The notes below the pieces were generated by a model. The model did not search any database. It was not told where the DNA came from and saw only the letters and a program-made list of their open reading frames with translations. DNA of 64,000 bases, taken from positions 4,898,001 to 4,962,000 of the forward strand of contig CATNEN010000038.1 of NCBI GenBank assembly GCA_950097015.1, read 5' to 3'. The stretch comes from Macrostomum hystrix (taxonomy: Eukaryota > Animalia > Platyhelminthes). The position numbers were made by a program, and so were the translations under genes. Positions 10,657-22,552 of the stretch are shown piece by piece. Each line of letters starts with the position of its first letter. Positions within the stretch are counted from its first letter, which is position 1.

Positions 10657-13008
10657 ATGTCAGGCCCACAGCTAACTAGCAGAGTCGAGATTAGTATTTC
10701 ATGCCGCAACCTGCCAGACCGGGACCTGATGTCCAAGTCAGACCCGATGTGTGTGCTGTTTTTGAAAACCCCAACTTCCACCTATGAGATAGGAAGAACT
10801 GAGTGCCTTCAGAACACTCTTAATCCAGAGTTCAACCACAAATTCCAAGTGGACTTCTGCTTTGAAGAGAGACAGGTAGTGATTTTCCGGCTCTATGATG
10901 TGGACAGTTCACGAGCGAACCTCAGTGATCACGACTTTCTTGGCGAACTGGAGACAACCATTGGGGAGCTAGTGAGTCGGCGCCAATATGAAGCCACACT
11001 TGTGAAGACAGGTAGTCCTAAGCGATCACTGATAGTTCTTACCTGCATGGAGCTTCAGGATTGCAAGCTGATTGCCAATTTTCGAGTTGAAGGAAAAAAA
11101 CTTGACAAGAAAGACTTCCTAGGTAAATCAGACCCGTTCCTCGAGATTTATTTACCGATGGACGACATCAAGACCGAGTCTGAGGCTCCCAGGGTTCGCA
11201 GCTGGGTTCTGGTTCACCGAACTGAGGTCATCAAAAAGAACTTGAACCCGCAGTGGGCCCCGTTTTCTATTCCACTAAATAGTTTGTGCCGCGGTAACAG
11301 GCAGCTTCTCCTGCGCTTTGATTGCCACGACTACGACAACGATGGATCGCATGACTTTATTGGCAGCTTTTACAGCAGTTTAGAAGGCCTGGAACAGGAG
11401 GTCGCTCGGAGTAAATCCGCGCAGCGAACCCTGATTAGCAAAAAGAAGAAGCCCGCAGGCACCATCGTGTTCAGCCTGATCGGCATCGAGACCATCGACA
11501 CGTTCGTCGACTACCTTCAAGGAGGCACTGAGCTGCACTTCACGGTGGCCATTGACTTCACGGGCAGCAACGGCGACCCTCGAGATCCGCGCTCGCTGCA
11601 CCACGTGAGCGGCGATGGCAGGCCGAACCAGTACGAGCTGGCGATAATTTCGGTGGGCGAGATTGTGCAGGACTACGACTCGGACAAGCAGTTCCCGGGT
11701 CTCGGCTTCGGCGCACTGCTGCCTCCGCGGTTCTCAGGAGTTCAGGACGCGTTCTCGCTGACGCTGCAGCCGGAGAATCCGTACTGCGCTGGAATGCCAG
11801 GCCTGCTCGCAGCGTACCGCTCGTGTATCAGAGCCGTGCGGCTGTACGGACCGACGAACTTCTCTCCGGTGATCAACCACGTGGCGTCGATGGCGAGAGC
11901 TCACCAGACCGGAGCTCAGTACTTTGTCCTGCTGATCATCACAGACGGGATCATCACCGACTTCGAGAAGACGAAGCAAGCCATCATCAAGGCTTCCTCA
12001 CTTCCGATGTCGATCATCATCGTGGGAGTTGGCGAAGAGGACTTTTCGGCCATGAATGATTTAGATTCTGACGACAAGCGCCTCCGCAGTGGATCGATGA
12101 TTGCCGAGCGAGATATTGTACAGTTCGTGCCATTGCGCCGATTTATTCAGGGTGGCAACTTAGATCGAAGCCGGTATGCCCTTGCGAAAGAGGTTCTGGC
12201 TGAGCTTCCGAATCAGGTGTGCGAGTGGATGAGACGCCATGGAGTGAGAGCTGGTCCACCACGCGTTCGTCAAGACGCACCTACATCTATTGATGCGGTA
12301 ACTTCCCCTGTTGCACAATCAGGAGGTCCTTATCCAGGCCCACCACAAAGCGGTCCGAATCCAGGCGCACCACAAAGTGGTCCGTATCCAGGCGCAGCTC
12401 AAAGCGGTCCGTATCCAGGCGCACCACAAAGCGGTCCTTATCCAGGAGCGCCACAAAGCGGTCCTTATCCAGGCGCACCACAAAGCGGTCCGTATCCAGG
12501 CGCACCACAAAGCGGTCCTTATCCAGGCGCACCACAAAGCGGTCCGTATCCAGGCGCACCACAAAGCGGTCCGTATCCAGGCGCACCACAAAGCGGTCCG
12601 TATCCAGGCGCACCACAAAGCGGTCCGTATCCAGGCGCACCACAAAGCGGTCCGTATCCAGGCGCACCACAAAGCGCTCCGTATCCAGGCGCACCACAAA
12701 GCGGTCCGTATCCAGGCGCACCACAAAGCGGTCCGTATCCAGGCGCACCACAAGGTGCTGCATATCCGGGTGCACAGCATGGAGGTTTATATCCTGGGTC
12801 ACAGTCAGTTATTCCTCAGTCTGGTTCAGGAAATCCTCAGGCCGGAGGTGTGCCAAATCCTGGCGGTTCTCAACCTGGCTTTTCTGGTCCTGGGTATGCT
12901 CCGTCATCTGGATCTGTTCATCCAAGTGCCGGCGGTCGCGGGTCGCCGTATCACGGATCAGCGTCTCCCAGCGCCCCGCCACCGTCTTACCCTTCACGTT
13001 TTAACTGA
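10657..13008 (+). CDS. Copine 1 (C2A-C2B-vWA) with PQSGPYPGA-repeat tail ending PSAPPPSY
   Basis: 783-aa uninterrupted ORF. C2 Ca-loop aspartates ([20 protein letters not shown]; [19 protein letters not shown]); copine vWA motifs [34 protein letters not shown] and RDIVQFVP. Splice acceptor TTTCAG 10 nt upstream of the ATG. Confidence 0.96.
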   Translation: MSGPQLTSRVEISISCRNLPDRDLMSKSDPMCVLFLKTPTSTYEIGRTECLQNTLNPEFNHKFQVDFCFEERQVVIFRLYDVDSSRANLSDHDFLGELETTIGELVSRRQYEATLVKTGSPKRSLIVLTCMELQDCKLIANFRVEGKKLDKKDFLGKSDPFLEIYLPMDDIKTESEAPRVRSWVLVHRTEVIKKNLNPQWAPFSIPLNSLCRGNRQLLLRFDCHDYDNDGSHDFIGSFYSSLEGLEQEVARSKSAQRTLISKKKKPAGTIVFSLIGIETIDTFVDYLQGGTELHFTVAIDFTGSNGDPRDPRSLHHVSGDGRPNQYELAIISVGEIVQDYDSDKQFPGLGFGALLPPRFSGVQDAFSLTLQPENPYCAGMPGLLAAYRSCIRAVRLYGPTNFSPVINHVASMARAHQTGAQYFVLLIITDGIITDFEKTKQAIIKASSLPMSIIIVGVGEEDFSAMNDLDSDDKRLRSGSMIAERDIVQFVPLRRFIQGGNLDRSRYALAKEVLAELPNQVCEWMRRHGVRAGPPRVRQDAPTSIDAVTSPVAQSGGPYPGPPQSGPNPGAPQSGPYPGAAQSGPYPGAPQSGPYPGAPQSGPYPGAPQSGPYPGAPQSGPYPGAPQSGPYPGAPQSGPYPGAPQSGPYPGAPQSGPYPGAPQSGPYPGAPQSAPYPGAPQSGPYPGAPQSGPYPGAPQGAAYPGAQHGGLYPGSQSVIPQSGSGNPQAGGVPNPGGSQPGFSGPGYAPSSGSVHPSAGGRGSPYHGSASPSAPPPSYPSRFN
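12322..12775 (+). repeat. Coding 27-bp tandem repeat (about 16 copies, PQSGPYPGA)
   Basis: Unit ccacaaagcggtccgtatccaggcgca. Confidence 0.95.
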
Positions 13009-14177
13009 AAGCTTTAACGTTTAGTTTGTTGTTCCGTGCTGGAAGCAGAATTATGGAACTGATGTTTTTAAACAGTTTTTTAAATTAAAATGAAACTTTT
13101 CACAAGATGAAGTATTATTCTGTTATTTCTACTGTATTTTTTGTAGCTATTTTTTCTGTGCGTAATGTTGTCTTTTTTTCATCGCTTTTCTGTCTTATTG
13201 AAAACCATTTTTACAGCCTTGTAAATCAGTAAAGTTATTTATCGCAACCCCCTTGAGTCGTCCTCTGTTACAACCTAAGTAGTCTATATTTCACCCGATC
13301 TAGATTTTCTAGACCTGGAATAATACTACCTGTCATTTGTGTGTTGCCTTTTTCGTTTTCTTTAAAAAGTTACTAAGAGAAAGGGTTTTCAGACCAAATA
13401 GAGGTAATTATTCCAGCTAAAGAATTTAGTGCTTCTGATCCAGTCCAATTCTATGTTTAGATGTCCCTCTTATAATAAACTCCGCCCACGCAATTTACTG
13501 ATAGCTATGACTAACTTGACGACTGTACTTGCCCATTCTTTAAGGATTCGAGAAGTGGCTGAAGTACAGTTGGACAATCTGCCAAATATGAAACTGTATT
13601 TCCCTGCTAATTTCTTTGCCACGGTGTTACTCAATTTTCTTACCTTTGCTTTTATTTTCTCTCCATGCGCTATTTACACAGTATTGCCTTTTCTTTTCTG
13701 ATTAAATTTTATCATCAATCCTAAAATTAATGTCAGTAACTCTATTTCGGTGAGTTAATGTTTTATTTTTGTTTAAAGTCTTACCAAATTCCTGTGCGTT
13801 AAGTGTTTGAATGTTTCATTGCTAAGCTGTTTTAATGTAATTAGCTTGTCCATAAAAAAGGGAATATTAAAATGGAATAAACTTCGCTTAAACTATTCCA
13901 ATATTCAAACATTAAATAAGATGGATTACTACTCCACCTATTCACTTTTCATACTCGCTTCATGTTTTTAACTAAGCATTAGGAACTGAAATTATGTTAT
14001 ATTAGTAAATATTATTGACCAGCACTGCAACACCTTTATTTGCTCAGGTAGATTTGAGTCAACAATGAAGGCCAAGTTATTTTCACATGATTAGATATGG
14101 TTGGACTTAAGAGTGCCACATGGTCTAATGATACCGCAGTAGCGCATTCAGCATACGAGAATTCCGCCTTTCCAGAT

Positions 14178-16382
14178 ATGGCTGGCCCGAGCCTCACTAG
14201 CCGAGTTGAAATCAGCGTGTCCTGCCGGGACCTACCAGACCGCGATGTCACCTCCAAGTCTGATCCGCAGTGCATTCTGTTCCTGCGTCAGCCCGGGACG
14301 TCCAAGTTCCAGGAGCTCGGTAGGACTGAGAAGCTGAACAACACTCTTGACCCGGACTTCAGCCACCGGTTCGTTGTTGACTTCATGTTCGAGGAGCGCC
14401 AGATGGTGAAGTTCCAGATCTACGACTTGGACAGTCCACACGCTCGACTGTCTGATCACGACTTTCTCGGCGAGCTGGAGACCTCTATTGGCGAGCTGGT
14501 CAGCAGGCGGAGATTCGAAACGACGCTCAGTAAGACAGGGCACAAGAAATCCACCATTATCATGACCTGCTTTGAACTGCAGGAGTGCAAGCAGATTGTG
14601 ACGTTAAACGTGGAGGGCCGGAAATTGGATAAGAAAGACTTTCTAGGCAAGTCAGATCCCTTCCTTGAGATCTATCAACCTATGGAGGAAGTGACTGGCG
14701 AAAGTGAGATCAACAATGTGCGCAACTGGACCCTTGTGCACCGCACTGAAGTTATCAAAAACAATTTGAATCCTCGATGGGCAAAATTCTCCATTCCTAT
14801 CAACCGGCTTTGCCGAGGTAACAGGCAGCTTCTCCTGCGCTTTGATTGCCACGACTACGACAACGATGGATCGCATGACTTTATCGGCAGCTTTTACAGC
14901 AGTTTAGAAGGCCTGGAACAGGAGGTCGCTCGGAGTAAATCCGCGCAGCGAACCCTGATTAGCAAGAAGAAGAAGCCCGCAGGCACCATCGTGTTCAGCC
15001 TGATCGGCATCGAGACCATCGACACGTTCGTCGACTACCTTCAAGGAGGCACTGAGCTGCACTTCACGGTGGCCATTGACTTCACGGGCAGCAACGGCGA
15101 CCCTCGAGATCCGCGCTCGCTGCACCACGTGAGCGGCGATGGCAGGCCGAACCAGTACGAGCTGGCGATAATTTCGGTGGGCGAGATTGTGCAGGACTAC
15201 GACTCGGACAAGCAGTTCCCGGGTCTCGGCTTCGGCGCACTGCTGCCTCCGCGGTTCTCGGGAGTTCAGGACGCGTTCTCGCTGACGCTGCAGCCGGAGA
15301 ATCCGTACTGCGCTGGAATGCCAGGCCTGCTCGCAGCGTACCGCTCGTGCATCAGAGCCGTGCGGCTGTACGGACCGACGAACTTCTCTCCGGTGATCAA
15401 CCACGTGGCTTCGATGGCGAGAGCTCACCAGACCGGAGCTCAGTACTTTGTCCTGCTGATCATCACAGACGGGATCATCACCGACTTCGAGAAGACGAAG
15501 CAAGCCATCATCAAGGCTTCCTCACTTCCGATGTCGATCATCATCGTGGGAGTTGGCGAAGAGGACTTTTCGGCCATGAATGATTTAGATTCTGACGACA
15601 AGCGCCTCCGCAGTGGATCGATGATTGCCGAGCGAGATATTGTACAGTTCGTGCCATTGCGCCGATTTATTCAGGGTGGCAACTTAGATCGAAGCCGGTA
15701 TGCCCTTGCCAAAGAGGTTCTGGCTGAGCTTCCGAATCAGGTGTGCGAGTGGATGAGACGCCATGGAGTTAAAGCTGGTCCACCCCGTGTGCGACAAGAC
15801 GCACCAACTGCTGTTGGTGGTACTGCAAATCCTGGCGGTTCACATAGCGATGCCGCATTTCCAGGTGCACAGCCAGGAGGTCCGTATCCAGGTGCGCAGT
15901 CAGGAGGTCCGTATCCAGGTGCGCAGCCAGGAGGTCCGTATCCAGGTGCGCAGCCAGGAGTTCCGTATCCAGGTGCGCAGCCAGGAGGTCCGGGTGCGCA
16001 GCCAGGAGGTCCGTATCCAGGTGCGCAGCCAGGAGGTCCGTATCCAGGTGCGCAGCCAGGGGGTCCGTATCCAGGTGCGCAGCCAGGAGGTCCGTATCCA
16101 GTTGCGCAGCCAGGTGGTCAGTACCCGGGTGCACCGTCAGGTGCAATTTCGCATCCAACGCCCAATGCAGGATATTCTCAGGCCCGAGGTCTGCCATATC
16201 CTGGCGGTTCTCAAACTGGCTTTTCCGGTCCTGGGTATGCTCCGCCATCTGGAACGGCACATTCCGGTAACAGCGGTGGTGGGTCGCCGTATTTCGGATC
16301 CGCGGCTCCCAGTGCCCCGCCACCGTCCTACTCGGCAGAGCACAGCTCCGGTGCGGCCCCGAGCGCTCCAGGTGGTCACTGA
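14178..16382 (+). CDS. Copine 2 with AQPGGPYPG-repeat tail, PSAPPPSY and a second PSAP
   Basis: The ORF track starts at 14097, but ATG 14178 ([13 protein letters not shown]) aligns with the paralogue starts and follows an acceptor-like CTTTCCAG. Same C2/C2/vWA motifs as copine 1. Confidence 0.95.
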   Translation: MAGPSLTSRVEISVSCRDLPDRDVTSKSDPQCILFLRQPGTSKFQELGRTEKLNNTLDPDFSHRFVVDFMFEERQMVKFQIYDLDSPHARLSDHDFLGELETSIGELVSRRRFETTLSKTGHKKSTIIMTCFELQECKQIVTLNVEGRKLDKKDFLGKSDPFLEIYQPMEEVTGESEINNVRNWTLVHRTEVIKNNLNPRWAKFSIPINRLCRGNRQLLLRFDCHDYDNDGSHDFIGSFYSSLEGLEQEVARSKSAQRTLISKKKKPAGTIVFSLIGIETIDTFVDYLQGGTELHFTVAIDFTGSNGDPRDPRSLHHVSGDGRPNQYELAIISVGEIVQDYDSDKQFPGLGFGALLPPRFSGVQDAFSLTLQPENPYCAGMPGLLAAYRSCIRAVRLYGPTNFSPVINHVASMARAHQTGAQYFVLLIITDGIITDFEKTKQAIIKASSLPMSIIIVGVGEEDFSAMNDLDSDDKRLRSGSMIAERDIVQFVPLRRFIQGGNLDRSRYALAKEVLAELPNQVCEWMRRHGVKAGPPRVRQDAPTAVGGTANPGGSHSDAAFPGAQPGGPYPGAQSGGPYPGAQPGGPYPGAQPGVPYPGAQPGGPGAQPGGPYPGAQPGGPYPGAQPGGPYPGAQPGGPYPVAQPGGQYPGAPSGAISHPTPNAGYSQARGLPYPGGSQTGFSGPGYAPPSGTAHSGNSGGGSPYFGSAAPSAPPPSYSAEHSSGAAPSAPGGH
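15860..16130 (+). repeat. Coding 27-bp tandem repeat (AQPGGPYPG)
   Basis: Unit gcgcagccaggaggtccgtatccaggt, about 10 copies. Confidence 0.93.
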
Positions 16383-17569
16383 TGATCCAATGCGTTTCTA
16401 TTTATTCGATCGAAAATTTAATCTATGCAGCTTTTTCCCTTGCTTTGAGGCAGACTTTTTGTTGCTTATTTATTCTGTGATTAGGCTTTTTGTCAAATTT
16501 TATGCTGTTTATCCATTGAACTTCCTTTTTGTTATTTTTAATTATTTATTTTGAACGTCTGTCCTGCTTTGTGGTACGCTGTCGTCTTTATTATTGTTTA
16601 CCACTAATAATCATAATGATTATTGACTTTGCATATTGAGTTTTCTTAATTCACTACCACTTCTTTTGGACATCCAAGTTCTGTGAGGACACGGCAGTAG
16701 TTTTGTAAATTTAATAAAAATTGATAAAATGTTTCGCAGGTTTTTCGACTTTGATAGTCTTTTTAACAATCATATTCTCGCTTTAAGCTTTGCCGCGTTT
16801 GCTGCTTTTCTGTTTTACTGACAGTTTGGTGACCGTAAAAGTGAAGTTTCTTATAGGTTGCGAGATTCCCCACTAGAAAAGAATGTGTTGGCGCTGTTGT
16901 TTGATTACTTGACTAATTTTTTCTGTCTATAGCTTCGCCATACTATTATTCTATCATCTAGCAATACTATTATACAAAGAATGTCTTTATATTGTTATTT
17001 TATTTGTACACAAATTGATATGTTCTGTTTTTAGCTGTAACCAACTTTTACTACCCAAACTATTCAAAACCAATCGACTACGTATTTCATGAACTTCCGT
17101 GTCTCCTTGCTTTTTTTGTATTTGCACGTGCTGAGATAATCATTGCCGTATTCTCTATCAAGATATATATAAATTGTTTAACTTTGTCCAGCGTCCTTGA
17201 CGCCTTGTTATACTAAGCGTCAAAAAATTCTCTAGAAATCACTTACTTTAAATATGAAAAAATCAGAACAATGCCTTCCCAGAAGTGGCAGTGCTTGCAG
17301 TTTTGTACTGGCTGCCTACTTCACCGATCGAGAGTCCTCCGATTTTCTCAACTCGCCTTTTATTTGTCGAGGCTTTGCGGGAGCAGACTAGACTCAGACG
17401 AGTCCTTCATCAAGAATTTGCTATTCTAAACTACGTTTGCGTGGACTAAAACGTCAGATAATTTTTTAAACTTACAAAATCCCATCGCACTACATTTCAC
17501 TCTCAGCTGCAGACAATAGTTATGAAAATAGTTATTTAGTACTTTAGTTATTTAGTTATTTAGTTGCAG

Positions 17570-17890
17570 ACAGAAAGGCTGTGGGCACTTTGCGTTACAT
17601 TTGGAGACCGTAGACCCACAGCCAGTAAGATGCCATTCTGTCATCCCGCTGACTCCCTAAACACACAAACTGATTTCGTACGTGCAGTCGTACATGGTGT
17701 ACATCTGCCCTGCCTTTCACACCGTCAGGCAGCGTGCACTCTCACTGTGCCCTCCAGATTGACCCTCAAGGGCGTGTTGCACGACGCCCTCAAAACCTCC
17801 CCGTGCCTGTGCCACCATCGAATGTGGCCGCGCCACGTAATTGACCTCAAGGACCTTGGTGTGAGGCAGACGCGTTGACCACTGTGCATT
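17570..17890 (-). mobile_element. tRNA-derived SINE, family B (diverged copy)
   Basis: Shares cgctgactcc, gtacatctgccctg, cactgtgcc and ccctcaagggcg blocks with the copies at 33250, 39000, 51890 and 59110. Degenerate tRNA-like head at the right end. Confidence 0.7.
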
Positions 17891-19000
17891 CACACTCACC
17901 ACTTGCGGGTGTTACACAACAGTCCTCCCAATAACGCTCCGTTGTCATTCCTAAATAATCAATTACAAAACATGGTGTACAGGTAATATTTGAAATTCCT
18001 ATGTCAAGGTTCCATTCTTGCCCGTGATCTCTGTAGTCATACTAAGCGACAGTCCAGCTAACTTATCGCGTAATTAAATTTTAACGTGCTCTTTAATCTG
18101 TTTATTTGACTATGTTTTGCGAGAAATTTGGTACCGCAACCCATGCTTTAATTCGCTTGTGTCCTGATGATGAAGTATAAAAATTATACGAGCCTTTAGA
18201 TTTTTCTACTGTTTGTGTTCGGACTCCGTTTTGTCAATGAGCACAAGTAATTATTAATTAATATATTGTATTGGAAAGTTTTCTATATTATTTTATAGAC
18301 TTGTTTTTCAGTGGCAGCTCAGAATTAGTTTGTAAACTATGCTTCATGCATCCCTGCTGAATGACTACATCGGAATAATTGAAATGGGAGCAATTACTTA
18401 TCTTGATCTAGCACCTAAGCTTAATTATTAAGAGCGCACAAATGTACATTTTTGCTGGCCTTTTGCGGTTAAAATGTTAGTTGCCTGCATGCTATGTATA
18501 GGCTAGTCTGTCTCTCCTAAATATGGTCCTTTCTATATTTAAGTCAATCTGGCAAATATTTGCTCTGTTAAGCGCCATTTAGTCTGGCCATGACTACCGC
18601 ACCCTTGCACGACTAGGGCACTGGCCCTTTTGTTGCGCAGTGCGTTGCAGAATGATACTTAGCAGAGCTATGGGCGTTTCTTATGCGTAGGCTGAAAAAG
18701 TGCAAACCTTTAAACAAGAAGCAGCTTGAACGTGACACCCTAAGCAAGTTATAGTAGCATGCAGGTGACTCAAAAACACATTTTTAATTTATTTGTGTCC
18801 TAAAGTTAGTTTGCTGGTGTCTCTATAAAGTTGTTATCTGTCTAAGAAAGTTCTGTGCACATGAAATGTAGACAGAAACTTACAACCAGTTAAACTTTAC
18901 TAAAAGATACCACTAGAAATTGTTGCCAAGGATTTTCTTTCTTATTTAAACGCGTTTTGCTTATTTCTCATTGTATAGAACTCAACCTTGAAACTTCCAG

Positions 19001-21205
19001 ATGGCTGGCCCGAGCCTCACTAGCCGAGTTGAAATCAGCGTGTCCTGCCGGAACCTACCAGACCGCGATGTCACCTCCAAGTCTGATCCGCAGTGCATTC
19101 TGTTCCTGCGTCAGCCCGGGACGTCCAAGTTCCAGGAGCTCGGTAGGACGGAGAAGCTAAACAACACTCTTGACCCGGACTTCAGCCACCGGTTCGTTGT
19201 TGACTTCATGTTCGAGGAGCGCCAGATGGTGAAGTTCCAGATCTACGACTTGGACAGTCCACACGCTCGACTGTCTGATCACGACTTTCTCGGCGAGCTG
19301 GAGACCTCTATTGGCGAGCTGGTCAGCAGGCGGAGATTCGAAACCAAACTGTCAAAAACGAAAGGCTCCAAGTCTGCAGTAATTATTGTCACCTGCATTG
19401 AGGTTCAAGAGTGCAAGCAGATTGTCAACTTCCAAGTCGAAGGGCACAAACTTGAAAAGAAAGACTTTCTAGGAAAATCTGATCCTTTTCTGGAAATCTA
19501 CCTGCCTCTAGAAGATGTTTCAAGCGAAGGGGAGCTTAATCAAGTGCGCAACTGGACCCTTGTTCACCGCACTGAAGTTATCAAAAACAACTTAAACCCC
19601 CGATGGGCCAAGTTCTCCATTGCCATCGCTCGCCTCTGTCGCGGCAACAAGCGTCTTCTCTTGCGCTTTGATTGTTACGATTACGATAACGACGGCTCGC
19701 ATGACCTAATCGGAACTTTTTACAGTACCCTGGAGAGTATCGAACAAGACGTTGGTAGAAACAGGTCAGCCCAGCGAACCCTGATTAGCAAGAAGAAGAA
19801 GCCCGCAGGCACCATCGTGTTCAGCCTGATCGGCATCGAGACCATCGACACGTTCGTCGACTACCTTCAAGGAGGCACTGAGCTGCACTTCACGGTGGCC
19901 ATTGACTTCACGGGCAGCAACGGCGACCCTCGAGATCCGCGCTCGCTGCACCACGTGAGCGGCGACGGCAGGCCGAACCAGTACGAGCTGGCGATAATTT
20001 CGGTGGGCGAGATTGTGCAGGACTACGACTCGGACAAGCAGTTCCCGGGTCTCGGCTTCGGCGCACTGCTGCCTCCGCGGTTCTCAGGAGTTCAGGACGC
20101 GTTCTCGCTGACGCTGCAGCCGGAGAATCCGTACTGCGCTGGAATGCCAGGCCTGCTCGCAGCGTACCGCTCGTGCATCAGAGCCGTGCGGCTGTACGGA
20201 CCGACGAACTTCTCTCCGGTGATCAACCACGTGGCGTCGATGGCGAGAGCTCACCAGACCGGAGCTCAGTACTTTGTCCTGCTGATCATCACAGACGGGA
20301 TCATCACCGACTTCGAGAAGACGAAGCAAGCCATCATCAAGGCTTCCTCACTTCCGATGTCGATCATCATCGTGGGAGTTGGCGAAGAGGACTTTTCGGC
20401 CATGGAGGAGCTGGACTCGGATGACAAGCGCCTCCGCAGTGGATCGATGATTGCCGAGCGAGATATTGTTCAGTTCGTGCCATTGCGCCGATTTATTCAG
20501 GGTGGCAACTTAGATCGAAGCCGGTATGCCCTTGCCAAAGAGGTTCTGGCTGAGCTTCCGAATCAGGTGTGCGAGTGGATGAGACGCCATGGAGTTAAAG
20601 CTGGTCCACCCCGTGTGCGACAAGACGCACCAACTGCTGTTGGTGGTACTGCAAATCCTGGCGGTTCACATAGCGATGCCGCATTTCCAGGTGCACAGCC
20701 AGGTGGTCCGTATCCAGGTGCGCAGCCAGGAGGTCCGTATCCAGGTGCGCAGCCAGGAGGTCCGTATCCAGGTGCGCAGCCAGGAGTTCCGTATCCAGGT
20801 GCGCAGCCAGGAGGTCCGGGTGCGCAGCCAGGAGGTCCGTATCCAGGTGCGCAGCCAGGAGGTCCGTATCCAGGTGCGCAGCCAGGAGGTCCGTATCCAG
20901 GTGCGCAGCCAGGAGGTCCGTATTCAGGTGCGCAGCCAGGAGGTCCGTATCCAGTTGCGCAGCTAGGGGGTCCGGGTGCGCAGCCAGGAGGTCCGTATCC
21001 AGGTGCGCAGCCAGGAGGTCCGTATCCAGTTTCGCAGCTAGGGGGTCCGGGTGCGCAGCCAGGAGGTCCGTATCCAGGTGCGCAGCCAGGAGGTCCGTAT
21101 CCAGTTTCGCAGCTAGGGGGTCCGGGTGCGCAGCCAGGAGGTCCGTATCCAGGTGCGCAGCCAGGAGGTCCTTATCCAGGTGCCCAGCCTGGTACCGGCC
21201 ATTAG
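19001..21205 (+). CDS. Copine 3 with longer AQPGGPYPG tail, lacking PSAP/PPxY
   Basis: 734-aa ORF with the same domain motifs; CTTCCAG immediately precedes the ATG; ends ...AQPGTGH*. Confidence 0.95.
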   Translation: MAGPSLTSRVEISVSCRNLPDRDVTSKSDPQCILFLRQPGTSKFQELGRTEKLNNTLDPDFSHRFVVDFMFEERQMVKFQIYDLDSPHARLSDHDFLGELETSIGELVSRRRFETKLSKTKGSKSAVIIVTCIEVQECKQIVNFQVEGHKLEKKDFLGKSDPFLEIYLPLEDVSSEGELNQVRNWTLVHRTEVIKNNLNPRWAKFSIAIARLCRGNKRLLLRFDCYDYDNDGSHDLIGTFYSTLESIEQDVGRNRSAQRTLISKKKKPAGTIVFSLIGIETIDTFVDYLQGGTELHFTVAIDFTGSNGDPRDPRSLHHVSGDGRPNQYELAIISVGEIVQDYDSDKQFPGLGFGALLPPRFSGVQDAFSLTLQPENPYCAGMPGLLAAYRSCIRAVRLYGPTNFSPVINHVASMARAHQTGAQYFVLLIITDGIITDFEKTKQAIIKASSLPMSIIIVGVGEEDFSAMEELDSDDKRLRSGSMIAERDIVQFVPLRRFIQGGNLDRSRYALAKEVLAELPNQVCEWMRRHGVKAGPPRVRQDAPTAVGGTANPGGSHSDAAFPGAQPGGPYPGAQPGGPYPGAQPGGPYPGAQPGVPYPGAQPGGPGAQPGGPYPGAQPGGPYPGAQPGGPYPGAQPGGPYSGAQPGGPYPVAQLGGPGAQPGGPYPGAQPGGPYPVSQLGGPGAQPGGPYPGAQPGGPYPVSQLGGPGAQPGGPYPGAQPGGPYPGAQPGTGH
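20686..21192 (+). repeat. Coding 27/21-bp tandem repeat with higher-order unit
   Basis: AQPGGPYPG units are interleaved with recurring V(A/S)QLGGPG variants. Confidence 0.93.
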
Positions 21206-22435
21206 TGAGTCTCCTTGTAATTTGGCTCTAATTGATTGTTACATTTTCCATATTTTCCGGCTGCAATTGACTCTCGGATTGGAAATGTCTAATATTTTGT
21301 TGTCAAGACTCTCTAGACGCACAGGCAGTAGAGGTTATTCTATTGTATCATTGTCTTGTATTAAACATTGTTTTACAGCTTATTTGTTGTTTTTTGGTTT
21401 TTGTTGTCTTTTATCTTTATGATATCCTTTCTAATGCAAAGCTAGATTTGTCTTGTTGGTGTTGTAGTTCCTGTATCCTTCTTTCCTGGAAATAATTTAC
21501 AGATTTTCAGATATTTTTGGGAGAGCAACTTGCACAGTTCTTAAGGCTTTTCATGAGTGTACTAATAAGTCCATTATTATTCTTTTTGATCTGCTATAAT
21601 CCAAAATTTGATTACAAGTCTATATTTTATCGTTTTTTGTTTATTATGCTAGGTAATATTTCTTGCAAGTTATTTTATGCTCGTGTTTTTTTAATATGCA
21701 AATTAATTTTTCTGCAAAAATACGAACAATTGTTTTGCTTTGAGACCAGGTGTTTTAATATCACAACTTATTACTAATTTGTAAGTACAAGTTTTTGCTT
21801 GTTTGTACTTATCTATCCGCATAGGTAACTGCCTACTGTGAGTAGTTAAAATAAGAAATATGCAATAAAATTAAGATTTGTTGGTTTTATGGCTAAAATC
21901 ACATTCAGGCTTTTATTGTCCGGGTGATTGAGTGTTGGTTTTAACTTTGTTTTTTTATTTTACTAGTAGGTGTTCTCGTTTCGTGTCTATCGGTATGATT
22001 GTAGGTAAAATATTATTTATTAGCTAAATCGCGATATACTATCATGGCATTCAGGCTTTAAACTGCGCATATCTAGCCTGTAGTTGACTTGGTAAGAATT
22101 TCTAGTCCGCTTACAGTGCCAGTGTACTATTAAGAGTCTGCGTATCCGCCGATCCCTCCGGGCTGAGCAGTGCGGCCTGATGTACTTTAGAATCGGTTCG
22201 GTTTAGCTGTTCTGTTTTTCTCATTAGCATCCTCATCTCCGTCATCCTCTGCTACTGGCTCTCCGCTGCTACTACAATTAGCTTCCTACCTTGTACCCGA
22301 GCTCAGCTTTTTCCTACTTCTCCCATTGTCTCCAGCGAATGGCTAGATTGATATTTTTCCGTCTCGTTGTTTTCCATTTCTTTCTGATGCCACGAATTTT
22401 GTCTCACAACTTGAAAGACTAAATACTCGTATTGT

Positions 22436-22552
22436 TCCTGTCTGTTATGTCTGTCTGTCTGCCTGTCTGTCTGTCTGTCTGTCAGCATGTCTGTTTTTCT
22501 ATTTGTCTGTCTGTCAGCATGTCTGTTTTTCTATTTGTCTGTCTGTCAGCAT
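22436..22552. repeat. (TGTC)n microsatellite with a 32-bp triplication
   Basis: tgtctgtctg runs; tgtcagcatgtctgtttttctatt is repeated. Confidence 0.8.

Noticed and set aside
12287-13024. Alternative-frame and antisense ORFs over the copine repeats and vWA regions
   Set aside because: By-products of stop-free 27-bp repeats and GC-rich codons.
14097-14177. 27-aa N-terminal extension of copine 2
   Set aside because: Paralogues start at the equivalent of 14178, and an acceptor-like site lies just before it.
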